Part shown: positions 13,971 through 26,698 of the stretch, one piece after another
Numbering within the stretch: position 1 is the first letter of the stretch
Layout of the letters: the number at the start of each line of letters is the position of its first letter
NCBI GenBank assembly: GCA_013239625.1
Contig: MU056050.1
Location: 1,164,084-1,228,083 of the forward strand
DNA length: 64,000 nt
Direction of reading: 5' to 3'
From: Lama guanicoe
Lineage: Eukaryota
Position numbers and translations under genes: made by a program
The notes under the pieces: model-generated
What the model was told of the DNA's origin: nothing
Database searches by the model: none
What the model saw: only the letters and a program-made list of their open reading frames with translations

Positions 13971-15169
13971 TGTCTGTTTTTTTTAAAATAGGCAGGGATA
14001 TGCTTCTGATGCAGGAAAACAGATGTGGAGCGTGAGAAGGGCTGTGTCCCAGGTCTTGGTTGAGCCCCTGGGACGTGCCCCGCCAAGCTTGGGTCCTTGG
14101 CTTCACGCAGGAAAGAATTCAAGAGTGAGCTACAGTTGAGTGAAGGTAGATTTATTCAGAGAGATACATTGAAAGGCAGGAGAAAGGCCATGAGGTTTGG
14201 GGATTGGGTGCTCAGATTAAAAGTAGGTACACACTCCATACTCAGAGTGTGGGCCGTCTCCTAAGAGGGAGAGAGAGGGGTGGAGCTGTGTTGCTGGTTT
14301 TTATGGGCTTGGTGGCTTCATAGTTAATAAGTGGAAGGACCATTCTAAGTAGCCTGGGGAAGAGGCTGGGATTCCCAGGAAGTTGGCCATTTCCCACTCT
14401 TTGACCTTTTGTGGCTAGCCTTGGGACTGCTGTGGTGCTGTGGGCATGTTACTCACCATGCTAATATATTACAATGGGCTTATAATGAAGCTCAAGATCT
14501 ACTAGAAGTTATATCTCATCTTCCTGAGCCTCAAGGCCTACTGGGGTTTGAATTTTTCGCCATTTTGATGTTAATTGCTGTAGCATTCCTTGAATGGCTG
14601 TGCCCTGCCCCCTTCCATCCTGTCTCACTTCCAAGTACAGTAGTAAAAAGCATTTTCCAAGTAGATTATAAGTTATGTGAAGGAAAATACTGCAAAGTGA
14701 GTGAAAATACTGCAAACATATCAGTAAACAAAGAATGCTGAAACCAAGTCATCAGAGGCTGTCGCCACTCCCCAGTGAGGACAGGCCTGCAGCCCAGCCT
14801 CTGCAGCCACTCTTGATGGTGTATTCTGAGGGGACTCAGAATAAGAAAGGACAGGATACTGGCCCTAGATAGCTAGGTGCTTGTCAAAGGAATGAAGTCA
14901 GTGAGCCCAAATGTTTGCTTCCTCCCATATATAGAAAAGCACTAAATTCTTTAACTTAAAATGCCTGGTTTTCTTTAGATAACAAGCAATCTTTTATTGT
15001 TCCAATTACCTGGTCTTTGTTGTAAAGCTCCTGTATATCCTAGCTCCTCCCCTACCTCTTGGGAGCAGTCCCTCAGAGCCATCTGAGAGGCTGTCATCCC
15101 GGCTGGAGTCCTCCTGCCAAATAAAACAGAACTCTTAACTTATAGGCTGCGCATTTATTTCAGTTGACA
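13971..15169 (+). mobile_element. Solo ERV1-class LTR (resembles cetartiodactyl MER41-like LTRs), interrupted by a younger LTR
   Basis: 3' end reads ...ttcagttgaCA (15169), with AATAAA at 15120 and a TATA-like tgtatat at ~15032. The 5' TGTC at 13971 is tentative; flanks are cttat/cttct. Family name is from memory. Confidence 0.7.
14007..14627 (-). mobile_element. Solo ERV LTR (621 bp, 4-bp TSD, ERV1-like)
   Basis: TG...CA termini and a perfect CTTC duplication at 14003-14006 and 14628-14631. Minus-strand AATAAA at 14151-14156 and CATAAAA at ~14300. Confidence 0.88.
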
Positions 15170-16079
15170 CTTCTAAAACATTATAGAATAAATATCAACT
15201 TTAGATCCACTTTGTTAAATTCCAAATTATATTCCATAGAGATTTCACTGGAAAAATATAGTGATATGAAATTTACTACTTGAGTACTTCCATTCAAGAG
15301 TAAATATTGCCTTTTATTTTTCCAAGATTATAGCATGTAGTTATCATACTGTAGTGGTTATCATGTTTGCCTGAAGTTTTTCCAAGGTTATAAAGTTCCA
15401 AAATATGGTTTTTAGCTTTTTTATGTAGGAACTATGATTTTGTTAGGTTTTTTGGTTAGGTTTTTGCTGTTTCTATGGGTTATCATTTTGTTCCACAATA
15501 TTTTCCATTTGTTTACTGTCAGACTATAGGAAACCTGTTAATTTTGAAATTATTTCCCCCAGTTTACCATACTGAACTCTTGTTTTCTGTAATAGATTTA
15601 CATTTGAATCTATTGAGTTTTTAGATAGATAATCATGTCATGTTAAATAATCCTGCTTTTTTATTTCTGAAATATTTATAACTTTTATTTTGTTCTGTTT
15701 TCTGAATGACGTTTTTGGTGAAAGTACTAGAAATATAAATACTAATATTTAGGGCAGGGAATTTTATTTTGCCTATAATTTTCATGGTTAGTGGGATAAG
15801 GAAAGGGCCAATTAGCCAACTGCACTCAGTCTGCTTTCTTACCATTGCATTGATCTCACCATTTTCATCTATTTATTCTGCTTTTCTTTCCAAATGTTTT
15901 ATCTTGAAAGGGAATTTCTAGAGAAAATTACTTGATTTGCTCTTAGTGGGCAAAGTCACATCATAGGTCACATTTCAAGGTCACATTTGAAAGTATATTT
16001 CTACTCTGCTATAAGACATATTATCAAAAAGAGAAGGCGATATTTGAGATAAGACATCTGAAAACCTTATATCCTAAAA

Positions 16080-16760
16080 ACAAAAAACAAGACTGGCAAG
16101 GACCAAATGCTACTGGAACTCTCCTACATTACTGATAGGAATCGAAAACAGTAGAGTACAGCCAGTCTGGAGAACATATTGGAAGTTTGTTGTAAAGTTG
16201 AACGTGCACTTAACATATGACCCAACAATCTGACACCTGGATATTCTCCCCTAGAGAAATGAAAACTTATGTTAACACAAAAAGCTGTACATGAATGTTT
16301 CTTGCAGCTTATTCATAGTGGTCCCAAACTGGAAACAACCCAGATACCTGTCTAGTGGAGGATGCATTAACAGTGGTACAACCATGCAGTGGAATACTGC
16401 TCAGTAATAAAAGGGATCTAATTAGTGGTACATGTAACAACGTGGATGGATGTCAAATACATTATCCTAAGCTATAGAAATCAGACTAAATATTTACATA
16501 CTCTGTGATTCCATGTATATGTCATTATGGAAAAGATGGAAATATAGGGATTAAGAACAGATTGTTGCCAGAGTTAGGGTGAGGGTAAGTTTTTACTACA
16601 CAAGTGTTGCACAAGGAGTATTTTGGGAGAAGCACCTGTTTTGTATCTGGTTCATGTAGATGTTTACCTGACTCTGCATAAGTCACAACCTGCAAAACTG
16701 TACAGCAGCAAATAAATGTGAATTTTACTGGATGTAAATTCAAAAATAAAAATATTTAAT
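16080..16760 (+). mobile_element. Old L1MC/ME-type 3' end
   Basis: catatgacccaacaatc...agagaaatgaaaacttatgttaacacaaaa...ctggaaacaaccc. Confidence 0.8.
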
Positions 16761-18469
16761 CATACACTTTTCTTTGCGCTAACACTTGCTTCTTCCTCTG
16801 CTAGTTACCTGCTAAGAGCAGAGGTTGGCTTAGACATATCTGTTAGAAAAGCCCCAACTGGGGGTTTTCTGCTCAGTGCATGAGGCGTGTGCAATTTCAA
16901 CCTTTTTTTAATTCATCTAGCCACTTTTCATAGAAAGTGATAAAGCTTCAAAGAAAAAAAAACAGTACAAAGGATATAATGAGAGATAAAGCAATGTGTA
17001 ATATTTCTAAGTATGAGAAATCATTGAGAGCATGTCATGTACTGGGCTGAATTTTAGGCATTAGTTTATGTTATATGTAATATTTGGTGTTTTTCATTAG
17101 TTGGATTTAAAGTTCAGAGGATTCTTGTGTCTTCCTCAACTGCAATTTAAATACTATTAAAATAATATTAATTGCTTATATAGAATTATTACTTACATAG
17201 AATTCTTCTGAATAGTTCCTTTTTCATCATTTTTAGCAAGATAATATTTTAAAATAGTAACTTATGAGATTGCAATTTAGTTTTTTACCTCTTAATTATT
17301 CCCATTGAAGGGAATGAAGGGAGATTTGCCATCTAAATTCATCAGTGGCATCCATTGTATTGTAAGTTATGACAACAGCCTAGTCAGATTTCCTTGGGCC
17401 ACTCTACATTTGCGTTGCCATCATTTTCCATGGCATATGCTGTAACCAGATCAACAATTCTTCAATAACTTTTATACATTCTGCCTTCTGGATCCCTTTA
17501 TTTGTTGCCTTTCTCTACTCCCATTTCCTTTGTCCAAACACTTGTCCTAGATTATAGAAATAACCTTCTATATATTTTATCTTTCTCCTAAGTAACCCTC
17601 TCACTTATCCACTAATAATAATCAAATATGTGAAGGTATGAATTCAAGATTTACAGACTGGCATATGTAAAAGTGATACACCAATGAACTAGACAATAAG
17701 TATTGGAAACAATATAGTTAGTTCACAGAAAACTGAACTTCAATTAATTGCAAATTAAATAAATATTATAAAACCAATTACACCTTTGAGATTGGAAAAA
17801 ATTAATATAAAAAACTTAATATCCAGTTTTAACAAGTTCTGAGGAAATGGGCATGATCAAGCAGACTCCTGAGAGTGTGAATTGCTATAACTTCCTGGAA
17901 AAGACATTTTTTGCATATTAATATTAAATTTATTTTGGATTTAGAATTATTTTCACTATTAGAAATCTATCCTGTCTAAATAAAATGTAGGTAAGATGCA
18001 TACTGCATCATTGTTTTAATTAAAATTAATTATACGTATTTTCCTCTTAAGGGAATGGATGACTTAACTATGGTATAGTCGTTATAAATTTTAAAGAGAA
18101 AAATTTAGATATCTTCCTATTGACTAAGAAAGATCTCCATGATATATTGTTCTGTGGGGAAAAGAAACGTTGAAGAACAATGGATAGGAGATAACATATT
18201 CACGTAAACAGAAAACCTAAAAGTATTTTTTGGTGTATGTTTATAATATTACAGGAAAGGCATGAGAGGTTAGGATGGCTACCACAGGAGAAGGGAATTA
18301 TTTGCTTGTTTAAAGAAAAAAACTAAAATGTCAGCATCTTTTAAAGAGGTTGAAAATCTGATTGCTTGTATGGTAACAGAGAAAAGTGTAATAGTGGGGA
18401 GGATACCCCCATACTGTTTACCACTGGATGGGGGTTATTGCTTCCTGTCTTGTGACACTAGGGAACCAG

Positions 18470-18720
18470 TATGGCACGGCTGTTAACAACACAGGGCCTG
18501 TATAATAACTACGGTTTTGAATTCTAGGTCTGCTATTTACAATATGTGTAATCTCTGGCAAGTTTAGTAAATCACTCAGTGCTTCAGTTTCCTTGGAAAA
18601 TACAGCAATAATAATACTTCCTGAATAAAATGGTTATGAAGATTACATGAATTAATAAATGTTTAATGCTTTGAATATTTCCTGTTGCAAAGTAACCATT
18701 CAGTAAATGTTAGCTGCTAC
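18470..18720 (+). mobile_element. MIR SINE
   Basis: ttgaattctaggtctgctatttac...ggcaagtttagtaaatcactcagtgcttcagtttcc...cagtaaatgttagctgct. Confidence 0.75.
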
Positions 18721-19264
18721 TATACAGGATTTATATGGATATCTCACTTACTAAGATGTGGTATTTTAAAAGAAGTATATATGCATGTAAATCCAGTTTA
18801 TATGTGTATGATATTTATCAGTGTTTTACCTTCAGCATAAGATTATGGCAGTTTATTTTATCATTTTTTATAATTTAGAAAATATAATTTATTCAGATGA
18901 AAAGCAAGAACTTATTACAAGTAATATATGCTTGATACTGAAGCAAATCAAGATAAATCACTTCCAACTCAGCATACAAATGCATTTAAGACCAAGTCCT
19001 AGATTTCAGCCAAATTTATTTCCACATCTTCAGCTAGAGCTAGGATGAGTATGTAATATATTATACAAATGCACGGTACTTTTGAGAGGGAAGTAGGGCA
19101 CTTGGTAATTATACCCAGAAAACAGATCTCAATAGGGACTGTCTGGCTAACTAGGTTACATGGTTATGCTAGCCCCAATTGAATCTCCCTTCACATACCT
19201 GCGCTCACCCACTGTAGCCCAGTACTCCTGTGCTTACCTCAGATTCATAATGGTCACTAAGGAC

Positions 19265-19952
19265 ACCCAAGTTCAGCCTACCATTATTCTACATTTGGAT
19301 TCATCCAAAAGCTGTCTAAAAGACTCCCTCTTTTGTCCTTATTTTCATTCACTCATCACAGCTTCCAGAGTGATCGTTTTAAAATAGAAGTTAAATCATG
19401 TCACTTTTCTGCTCAATTCCTCCAATAACTATGACTCAGAGTAAAACCCAGAGTCCTTTCAGTTGCCCTTAAAAGATCCTACCCTATCTGGTTGTCTGTC
19501 CCCTGCCTCCAAATAGGGATCTCATTGCTTCTCTAACCTTATCTCCTACTATTCCCCTATCATTCATTTTCCTCCAGCAATATTGCCCCTTTTCTGTTCT
19601 TCAAACATACGAGACATGGCTAGACCTCAGGGACTTGGCACTTTCTGTTGCCTCTTCTTGATGTGCTCTTTCCATCAATATTTATGTGCTTTGCTCCCTC
19701 ATATTTTTTTAAACTTTTTTTCTCAAAGTCTCCTTCCCCATGAAGCCTACCCAATCAGTATTTAAAATTGCAAATCACTTGTGCCTCTGATACTCCCCAT
19801 CCCATTTCCTTATTTTATTTTTATTTGCTATTCACTGGAATGTAAGCTTCTATTAGGTTAATAATTCTCTCTTGTATCTATTGTTTTATCCATTGTACCT
19901 AGAACAGTGCTGGCCACATAGTCGGTGCTTAATATGTATTTGTTGACTGACA
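19265..19952 (+). mobile_element. L2 LINE 3' end
   Basis: cagcttccagagtgatcgttttaaaa...ggaatgtaagcttc...cctagaacagtgctggccacatagtcggtgcttaatatgtatttgttga. Confidence 0.85.
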
Positions 19953-20944
19953 GTGAAGACTGAAATTTACCTGCTTCCCTAATTTTGTCAAGCACACACT
20001 TGTTTATATTATACTACTGCTTTGCAGGAATTAAACCATGTTTTTTGTGGGGGACCATGGCTAATGCCACAACTTCTGTGAACATATTACCTGTCCATTC
20101 TGGAGAAGTTCATGAGTCTAGTAATGACCACAGCCGTATTCCATACTTGAGCGCCAATTTGTAAAGAAATGGCAAGATTAGGAAACATCTTCCCACATGT
20201 GTTTTTAAATAGGTCAGCTAGGAAACAGGAGTCTGTTATCTGTACTGGTGCAGATCTTTATTTTACAGCCACTCATTCCTCAGAGGAGTAATAAAGGATG
20301 ACAGCAAGAGAAGAAAGATCTTTAGACTCATTTTTTGTGTGATGCTTTGCCAAGAGCAACATTTATCAGGGCAGTGCATGCACCACACTGAAGTGGGGGG
20401 CCTTGGTAATATGTGAATTTGTTACCACTGCCACATTAACTCTGCTCAGTTCTGTTGTCTTCCCAATTTTATATCCTTGATTACAAATTCATAAAACTGT
20501 CCCTTCTTCTGAACATAAATACAGCTGCTTCAAAAATATAATTGTTCATGTTTATCAAGTACCTAATTTGTTTTTACTTGCCAGTTACTAATTACACATG
20601 AAATATAAATGAATTGTAGGCCATATATTCTATGTTAACTGCTGCCAGGAAAACATTTTGTAGGTCCTATCAACATTGGAGCTGCAGGAAGTAACAAGTC
20701 TGGTGTTAAATATTCCTGACGTACTCCATTTTTCATCCTAGACATCTAGGAATATACAATTAATGATGGCTTACATATATATCCACAAAATGTGGCAAAA
20801 GAATATATTCTATAGGAATTGTCTTCAGAAGTCTTCATGCTATGAAAAGTATTTTAGTCTAATTTATTCTAGTGCCACTAACTTTATTTATTGAGAAACT
20901 AAACTTCATGAAGTCAGGGCTCTTGTTCATCATTTTATACCCAG

Positions 20945-21440
20945 GTATATTCCTTTCCTGAGGCTGTTTCACAAATTATCTTAGACTTGGTGGCTTAAAA
21001 CAACAGAAACATATTCTTTCACAGTTCTGGAGGCCAAAATTCTGAAATCAAATTATCTGTAGGACTGCATTCTCTCTCTAGAGGCTCTGGGGGAGTAATC
21101 CTTCCTTGCTTTGTAGTTTTGGTGGTTCCTGGCATTCTTTGGTGTTCCTTGGCTGTGTGGCTGCTTAAATCCAATATCTGCTTCCTTCTTCATATTGCCT
21201 TGTCCTCTCTGCGTGTGTCTGTCTCTCAAACCTTCTTCTGCTTCTCTCTTGTAAGCATGCATAGCATTACATACACACATGCCGGCAAACCCAGGATAAA
21301 GTGCCACCCCTCAAGATACTTAACTTACATCTTTTGCCATATGAGGTAATATTCTCTATTTTGCATACAAGGTAATATTTACAGGTTCTGGAGATTAGGA
21401 AGTGAATATATCTTTGGGGGTGATTTGTTAGCCTACCACA
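20945..21440 (-). mobile_element. MLT1 (ERVL-MaLR) solo LTR, MLT1C-like, inserted in an L2 fragment
   Basis: ggtggcttaaaacaacagaaacatattctttcacagttctggaggcc...gcctaccaca, with L2-like sequence on both sides. Confidence 0.85.
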
Positions 21441-22017
21441 TGAAGACAGCACCTGACACATGATAGAAAGTTGACAAATTTAGTGGCTTATATGACTTCA
21501 GAAAGTCTTTCTCTTTTGCTCCCTCTCTGATTTTCCAATATTTAGTCTGAGAGGGTAGAGTTATTTAATCATTTTGACTTTAAGTGACATGAAACAACAA
21601 TGGAACAATTAATGAAGAAAAAAATCACATGGAATACAGATTAAGCCAGGTATAGGTTTGAATTTGATGTTGTTCATTCCACACTTCAGTCATCAGTGAA
21701 AGAAAGAGACACAGCCATGTCTTTCTGTTTCTGAGTTCGCTTATTATAGCCTATCAGTCATTTCAAGGCAACATAATAATAAGGTTTGATAGACTTCATT
21801 TGCTAATTGTTTACAAAATGCAGAGATGTTCTCACTGCAGATACATATGTGGAAGTGGGAAAAATCTCTATAACTGCATGATACTTGCAATATGTTGGTT
21901 ACTAGTCTGGAGCCCCAAACTTCTAAACCATGAAGAACACTAGGTGAATTATTTTTTCCGAAATATTGTGAAATAAAACACTGTAGGGGAAGTATACTAT
22001 CATGCCATAGAAAACAT

Positions 22018-25000
22018 GATTTTTTTGAGGTTAGCCTTAACTTTTTTAAATTGAAGTATTGTTGATTTAAAACATGATTAGTTTCAAGTGTACAGCAAAG
22101 TGATTCAGTTATTTATATATTTATTTATACATCTATAAAATATTATTTTTCAGATTATTTTCCAGTATAGGTTATTACAAGGTAATCAATATAGTTCCCT
22201 GTGCCATATAGTAGGTCCTTATTGTTTATCTTTTTTATGTATAGTAGTGGGTATCTGTTAATCCCAAACTCCTATTTTTTCCCTCCTTCCCCTTTCCTCT
22301 TTGGTAACTATAAGTTAGTTTTCTATGTATGTGAGTCTATTTCTGTTTTGCAAATAAGATAATCTGTATCATTTTTTTAGATCCACATATAAGTGATATC
22401 ATCATATTTGTCTTTGTCTGGCTTCATTTAGTATGATAATCTCTAGGTCCATCCATGATGCTGCAGATGGCACTATTTTGTTCTTTTTTATGGCTGACTA
22501 ATATTCCATTGTGTACGCCATCTATCATTGGCCATTTGGGTTTCTTCCAAGTCTGGCTATTGTAAATAGTGCTGCTGTGAACATAGGAGTGCATGTTTCT
22601 TTTCAAATTAGAGTTTTTATCTTTTCTGGATATATGCCCAAGAGTGGGATTGCTGTATCATATGGTAACCCTATTTTTAGTTCTGTAAAGAAACTCCATA
22701 CTGTTTTTCCAAATAGCTGAACTAATTTACATTCCCACCAACAGTGTAGAAGGGTTCCCATTTTTCCACACCATCCCCAGGTTTATTATTCATAGACATT
22801 TTGATGATGGACATTCTGATCCATGTGAGGTAATACCTCATTATAGTTTTGATGTGCATTTCTGTAATAATTAGTGATTTTATGCATCTTTTCATGTGCC
22901 TGTTGGCCATCTATATGTCTTCTTGGAGAGATGTCTATTTAGGTCTTCTGCTCATTTTTTTATTAGGTTGATTTTCTTTTTATATTAAGCTGTATTAGCT
23001 ATTTATATATTTTGGAAATGAATCCCTTGTCAGTTGCATCATTTGCAAATATTTTCTACCATTTTGTAGGTTGTTTTTTGTTTTGTTTATGGTTTCCTTT
23101 GCTTTGCAAAAGCTTTTAAGTTTAAGTAGGTCCCATTTGTTTGTTTTTGCTTTTATTTCTGTTACTCTAGGAGATGGATCCAAAAAAAATTGCTGTCATT
23201 TATGTCCAAGAGTTTTCTTCCTATGTTTTCTTCTAGGAGTTTTGCACTATCTGGTCTTCCATTTAGGCCTTTAATCCATTTTGACTTTTGTATATGGTGG
23301 TAGAGAATGTTCTAATTTCATTCTTTTTCCTGTAGCTGTCCAGTTTTCCCCACACCGCTTATTGAAGAGACTCTTTACTCCATTGTGTATTCTTCCCTCC
23401 TTTTTTGTAGATTAATTGACTGTAAGTGCATCGGTTTATTTCTGGACTTCCTATCCTGTTCCATTGATCTATGTGTCTGTTTCTGTACCAAAACATAGTG
23501 TTTTGATTACTGTAGCTTTTTAGTATAGTCTGAAGTCAGTCAGCATGATTCTTTCAGCTCTATTCTTCTTAAGATTGCTTTGATTCTTTGGGGTCTTTTG
23601 TGTTTCCATGCAAATTTTAAAATTATTTGCCATAGTTCTATGAAAAATGTCATTGTTAATTTGATAGAAGCTGCATTTAATCTGTAGATTGCCTTGGGTA
23701 GTATGATCATTTTAACAATATTTATGCTTCCAATTCAAGAACACAGTATATCTTTTCATCTCTTTGTGTCATCTTCAATTTCTTTCATTAGGGTCTTACA
23801 GTTTTCAGAGAATATAGGCCTTTTGCCTCCTTGGGTAGGTTCATTCCTAGGAATTTTGTTCTTTTTGATGTGATGGTAACTTGGATTTTTTCCTTAATTT
23901 CTCTTTCTGATATTTCATTGTTAGTGTATAGAAAAACAGATTCCTCTATTAATATTGTAACCCGCAGCTTTAGTAAATTCATTGATTGAGCTCTAGTAGC
24001 TTTCTGGTAGCATCTTCTGCATTTTCTATTTATAGTATCATGTCATCTGCAGACAGTGACAGTTTTACTTCTTTTCTAGTTTGGATTCCTTGAATTTATT
24101 TTTCTCTGATTGCTGTGGCTAGGACTTTCAAAACTATGCTGAATAAGAGTGGACTGGGTGGGCATCCTTGTCTTGTTTCTGATCTTAGAGGAATGCTTTC
24201 AGGTTTTCATTGTTGAGTATGATGTTAGCTGTGGATTTGTCATATATGGCCTTATTGTATTGAGGCATGTCCCCTCTATGCCCACTTTATGGAGAGTTTT
24301 TATCATAAATGCATCTTGCATTTTATCAAAAGCTTTTTCTGCATCTATTGAGATGTTTATCATTTTTATTCTTCAATTTATTAATGTACGGTTACATTGA
24401 TTGATTTGCAGATACTAAAAAATCTTTGCATCCCTTGTATAAATCCCACTTGTTCATGGTGTATAATCATTTTGATGTGTTGTTGGATTTAGTTTGCTAG
24501 TATTTTTTTGAGGATTTTGCATGTATGTTCATCAGTGATATTTATTTGTACTTTTTTTTGTGATATCTTTGTCTAGTTTTGGTATCAAAGTGATGGTGGC
24601 CTCATAGAATGCATTCAGAAGTGTTCCTTCCTCTGCAATTTTCTGGAATTGTTTCAGAAAGATAGGTATTAACTCTTCTCTAAATGTTTGGTAGAATTCA
24701 TCTGTGAAATCACTGGTCTTGGACTTTTGTTTGTTGGGAGTTTTCAAATTACTGATTCAATTTTAATACTGGTAATTGGTCTGTTCATATTTTCTATCTC
24801 TTCCTGGTTCAGTCTTGGGAGATTGTACCTTTCTAAGAATTTGTCAGTTTCTTCTATGTTGACCATTTTATTGGTGTATAGTTATTCATAGTAGTCTCTT
24901 ATAATCCTTTGTATTTCTCTGATGTTGGTTGAAACTTCTCCTTTTTCATTTCTGATTTTATTGATTTGCACCCTCTCCCTTTTTTTCCTTGATGAGACTG

Positions 25001-25345
25001 GCTAAAGGTTTATCAATCTTTTTAATCTTTTCAAAGAACCAGCTATTAGTTCATTGATTTTTACTATTTTTTAAGTCTCTATTTCATTTATTTCTACTGT
25101 GATCTTTATGATTTCTTTCCTTCTAACTTTGGGTTTTGTTTATTTTTTTTCTAGTTGCTTTAGGTGTAAGCTTAGGTAGTTTGAGATTTTTCTTGTTTAC
25201 TGATATAAACTTGTATTGGTATAAATTTTCCTCTTAGAACTGCTTTTGTGGCATTCCATAGGTTTTGGATCATTGTGTTTTCATTTTCACTTGTCTGTAG
25301 GTATTTTTTGATTTCCTGTTTGATTTCTTCTATGGTCCATTGGTT
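22018..25345 (-). mobile_element. 5'-truncated LINE-1 (~3.3 kb; ORF2 RT and C-terminus, 3'UTR)
   Basis: ORF2 fragments in the track (22722-22910, 22995-23183, 24532-24747 [16 protein letters not shown]) and ADDM at ~24040. Candidate TSD GAAAACAT at 22010-22017 and 25346-25353. Confidence 0.95.
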
Positions 25346-26698
25346 GAAAACATACTTTTGACAACCAAAATTTTAATCAAGTACAAACAGTTTACTGTAG
25401 CTATGATTTCAGGACTTAATGGAATTGTTGATATTTATTAAATGAAACTTTTGCATTACTATTTTATATACATTTATGAAATCTAAATGCCATAGAAATT
25501 TGATACTTACTATTATATACTTTAAAAATATGCAAACATTTTGTTCAAAATTCCTATATGGGTAAGGAAGTTTCTCCTTGAACTGATGTTTCCATTTAAC
25601 TACTCTCAAAATAATTTTATCCTAATTTAAAACACATTTGCATGAAAGTTTTTATTGGTTTTCTACAAATGGTGCTGGAACAACTTTACATCCATATGGA
25701 AAAAAATAATCTAGACACTGACTTTTCAGCCTTCACAAAAGTTAACTCAAAATGGATCACAGAGCTAAATATAAATACAAAATTGTAAAAATCCTGAAAG
25801 TTAACATTGGAGAAAACCAAGATGAATTTGGTTATGATGATTTTTTTAGATACAAAAACAAAGGTATGATCCATGAAAGAAATAATTGATAAGACAGATT
25901 ATATTAAAATTAAGAACTTCTACTCTGTGAAAAACAATGTCAAGAAAATGAGATGAGAAGCCAGAGACTTGAATACATTTTTTTTAACATTTTTTATTGG
26001 GTAATAGTCAATTTACAATGTTGTGTCAAATTCTAGTGTAGAGCACAATTTTTCAGGTATACATGAACACATATATATTCATTGTCACATTTTTTTTCAC
26101 TGTGAGCTACAGTATAGATCTTGTATATATTTCCCTGTGCTATACAGTATAATCTTGTTTAACTATTCTGCATTTTAAAATCCCAGTATGTCCCTTCCCA
26201 CGCTCCGCCCCCTTGGCAACCACAAGTTTGTATTCTATGTCTATGAGTCTGTTTCTGTTTTGTATTTATTTTTATTTATTTATTTATTTTTTAGATTCCA
26301 CATACGAGTGATCTCATATGGTATTTTTCTTTCTCTTTCTGGCTTACTTCACTTACAGTGACATTCTCCAGGAACATCTATGTTGCTGCAAATGGCATGT
26401 TGTCGGTTTTTGTGGCTGAATAGTATTCCATTGTATAAATATACCACTTCTTCTTCATCTCTTCATCTGTTGATGGACATTTATGGGATTCCTGGGTCAT
26501 ATGGTAAGTCTATTCCTAGTCTTTTGAGGAATCTCCGTATTGTTTTCCACAGTGGCTTTCCTTGCTTCCCTCTCCCACTCTTAATGATTTAGATGTCTTC
26601 TTTTACAATTTTGTGTTAATTCTTTTTGTAATTCATGGCAGTTATCTCCTTTCCAGTTATGAGTTTCTCATTTTTGTAGCATCCTGCTTCTTTTCTAT

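Noticed and set aside
14409..14741. 110-aa ORF with a signal-peptide-like start
   Set aside because: Non-ATG start, spans the junction of two LTRs, and has no env or gag similarity that I can see.
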